Assembly: GCF_009914755.1 (NCBI RefSeq)
Contig: NC_060926.1
Reading direction: 5' to 3' (one strand)
DNA: 64,000 bases
Source of the DNA: the human T2T-CHM13v2.0 reference genome, Homo sapiens
This document shows positions 55,118 through 64,000 of this stretch, one piece after another. A program made the position numbers and the translations under genes. The notes beneath the pieces were generated by a model. It was given only the letters and a program-made list of their open reading frames with translations, was not told the DNA's origin and searched no databases. Each line of letters opens with the position of its first letter. The stretch's first letter is position 1.

Positions 55118-55405
55118 TGATTAGGACAGGGACAAACGGCTGGATGCAGTGGCTCATGTCTGTAATTCCAAAACTTTGGGATGCCGAAGTGGGAGTATCG
55201 CTGGAGGGAGGAATTTGAGACCAGCCTGGGCAACACAGCGAGACATCGTCTCTACAAGAAAAAAATACATTAAAAAAGAAAGAAAGAGCCGGGCGTGGTG
55301 GCTCACGCCTGTAATCCCAGCACTTTGGGAGGCCCAGGCGGGCAGATCAAGAGGTCAGGAGTTCGAGACTAGCCTGGCCAAAATGGTGAAACCCCGTCTC
55401 TACTA

Positions 55406-55615
<210 letters not shown>

Positions 55616-55859
55616 TTACTGAGCAATCCAAAGGAAGATCTGTAGCTCAACAACATGGATGGATCATAAAATAAATATGCCCAGTGAAAGAGGCCAGGGA
55701 CTCTGTATGATTCCATTTATATGAGACTCTAGGAAGTGCAAACTAATCTATAGTGACCGAGAGATCAGTTGATTTTTGTGGGGGTTCTCTGGGAGGAAGA
55801 GGATATCTTTGGGGCTGGGTAGATTCTTTAAATTTTTTTTTATTTTTTTATTTTTTTGA

Positions 55860-55961
<102 letters not shown>

Positions 55962-56172
55962 TGAATAGCATGCCACCATGCCCAGCTAATTTTAAAATTT
56001 TTTTGTGGAGATGGGGGGGGTCTCTCTATGTTGCCAAGGCTAGTCTTGAACTCCTGACCTCAAGTGATCCTCCTGCCTCAGGCCTCCCAAAGTGCTGGGA
56101 TTATAAGTGTGAGCCACCGTACTGGGCCCAGATCCCGTCTCTTGATTGTGGTGATGGCTTCATGGGTGTATA

Positions 56173-57004
56173 TGTTACAGGAAAGGGATCCCTATTCAGA
56201 CCCCAGCAGAGGGTTCTTGGATCTTGTGCAAGAAAGAATTCAGGGTGAGTCCACAGTGCAAAGTAAAAGCAAGTTTATTAAGAAAGTAAAGTAGCCAGGT
56301 GTCGCGGCTTATGCCTGTAATCCCTGCACTTTGGAAGGGGAGGCGGGCGGATCACTTGAGGTCAGCACTTCCATACCAGCCTGGCCAACATGGTGAAACT
56401 CTGTGCCTACTAAAAATACAAAAATTAGCCGGGCATGGTGGCAGGTGCATGTAATCCCAGCTACTCAGGAGTCTGAGGCAGGATAATCACTTGAACCCAG
56501 GAGGCAGAAGTTGCAGTGAGCCGAGATCTCACCAATGCACTCCAACCTGGGTGACAGAGCAAGACTCTGTATCAAAAAAATAAAATGTAAAGTAGTGAAA
56601 GTACAGCTACTCCATTGACAGAATAGGGCGTTCCTGAAAGTAAAAGGAGGAACGCATCCACCATGGCTACAATGCTTGTTTATATATAGGATAAAAAGAT
56701 CATGGGGAGATGTGCTCTGCTACAAGGGTTTGTGATAAAGGATTAATTTTATTATTATATTTTGCAAGAAGAAATATTATCTTTAAAGCAAAATTAGGAA
56801 TGCCTTTATTCTCCAGATATTGGGATATTAGGACACTCCCAAGTCTGGATCTGTTTAGTAAACATTATCTCTCTGTTCCCTTAACTGTAGACATCTCTAG
56901 GCTAGGAATACCTAACTTCCTGGGAATGCAGCCTGTCAAGGCCCAGCCTCATTTTCCTAACCCTCACTCAAGATGGAGTTGGTCTGGTTGAAACGCCTCT
57001 GACA
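56173..57004 (-). mobile_element. MER41-family ERV1 solo LTR (MER41D-like) containing an Alu insertion (about 56293-56590)
   Basis: Minus strand runs TGTCAGAGGCGTTTCAACCAGACCAACTCCATCTTGAGTGAGGG...TTTCCTGTAACA, with TG..CA ends. 4-bp TSD TATA at 56169-56172 and 57005-57008. TATA box at 56679-56686; AATAAA at 56274-56279. Confidence 0.85.
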
Positions 57005-57029
57005 TATACCGCAAGTCAGAATTCAGTAA

Positions 57030-57391
<362 letters not shown>

Positions 57392-57588
57392 TAGTTTGTT
57401 GTATGTCAATTATACCTCAATGGAACGGTTCAAACAAGCAAACAAGTTCAAGGCAGGTCCTGAGGTTAGAGCTTTATTAGCTTCATGGTAAATCTGCCTT
57501 TACCGGGCATTTGCGTTTTCATGGTACCAAGAACCTTCTAAAAGTAGAATTAGGGCTGTCAAGGGGATGATTTGGGAATGTCGCCTAG

Positions 57589-58010
<422 letters not shown>

Positions 58011-58099
58011 TAAAGGTTCCCGTCTCAGTAAACTGTAAACGACAGTAGGCCCACAGAAGGTTCTAAGGGGAGAGGAAGCCAGTGCAGGAACAGCACCGC

Positions 58100-63628
<5,529 letters not shown>

Positions 63629-64000
63629 GTAAATAAGTTGTTAGAGCTAACTGCAGATCTGCTCCAGAGGGACTTTTTTTTTTTTTTTAAAGAAAGTAAG
63701 CTGTTCTCAGGAATCATATCTAATAATTTCTATTTGTTCCCAGGAAATTGAAATATTCTTAGAAAACCAATAAGAGGTTCTCTGACTGGTCAGAACCTGG
63801 ATATGTCTGTAAGGGAGAAAGAGCTAGTCATATGAAAGACTGTAATCTTAAAGACTCTGGGTTCTCGAATCTCTAATATATGTATTTTTTTAATTTTTAC
63901 TTTTTTAAAATTATTTTGAGACAGTGTTGCCCAGGTTGGCTCACTGCAACCTCCGCCTCCTGGGTTCAAGCAATTGTCCTGCCTCAGCCTCCAGAGTAGC

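Overview
Human (primate) genomic DNA, recognisable as the GGCX-VAMP8-VAMP5-RNF181-TMEM150A-C2orf68-USP39 cluster (2p11.2 from established knowledge). I hand-assembled spliced CDSs at GT-AG boundaries. They give GGCX coding exons 1-4 (minus, partial), complete VAMP8 (100 aa), VAMP5 (116 aa), RNF181 (153 aa), TMEM150A (271 aa) and C2orf68 (166 aa), and USP39 exons 1-3 (partial). Non-coding DNA is saturated with Alus. It also holds a full-length 7SL pseudogene, MER20/Charlie1/MER5/Tigger-type DNA transposon fossils, L1/L2/MIR fragments and a MER41-family solo LTR. Almost all ORFs in the supplied track are Alu- or CpG-island artefacts. I see no evidence of a wholly new biological system. The most notable signals are: a U12 (minor-spliceosome) last intron in TMEM150A; an NMD-escaping alternative-frame RING-less RNF181 splice path; an Alu palindrome whose arms share non-consensus changes; a 225-bp local duplication; an Alu whose A-tail is replaced by (CCACA)9; an overlapping uORF in TMEM150A; and candidate divergent first exons at bidirectional promoters. 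Repeat family assignments come from remembered consensus sequences and were not computed.
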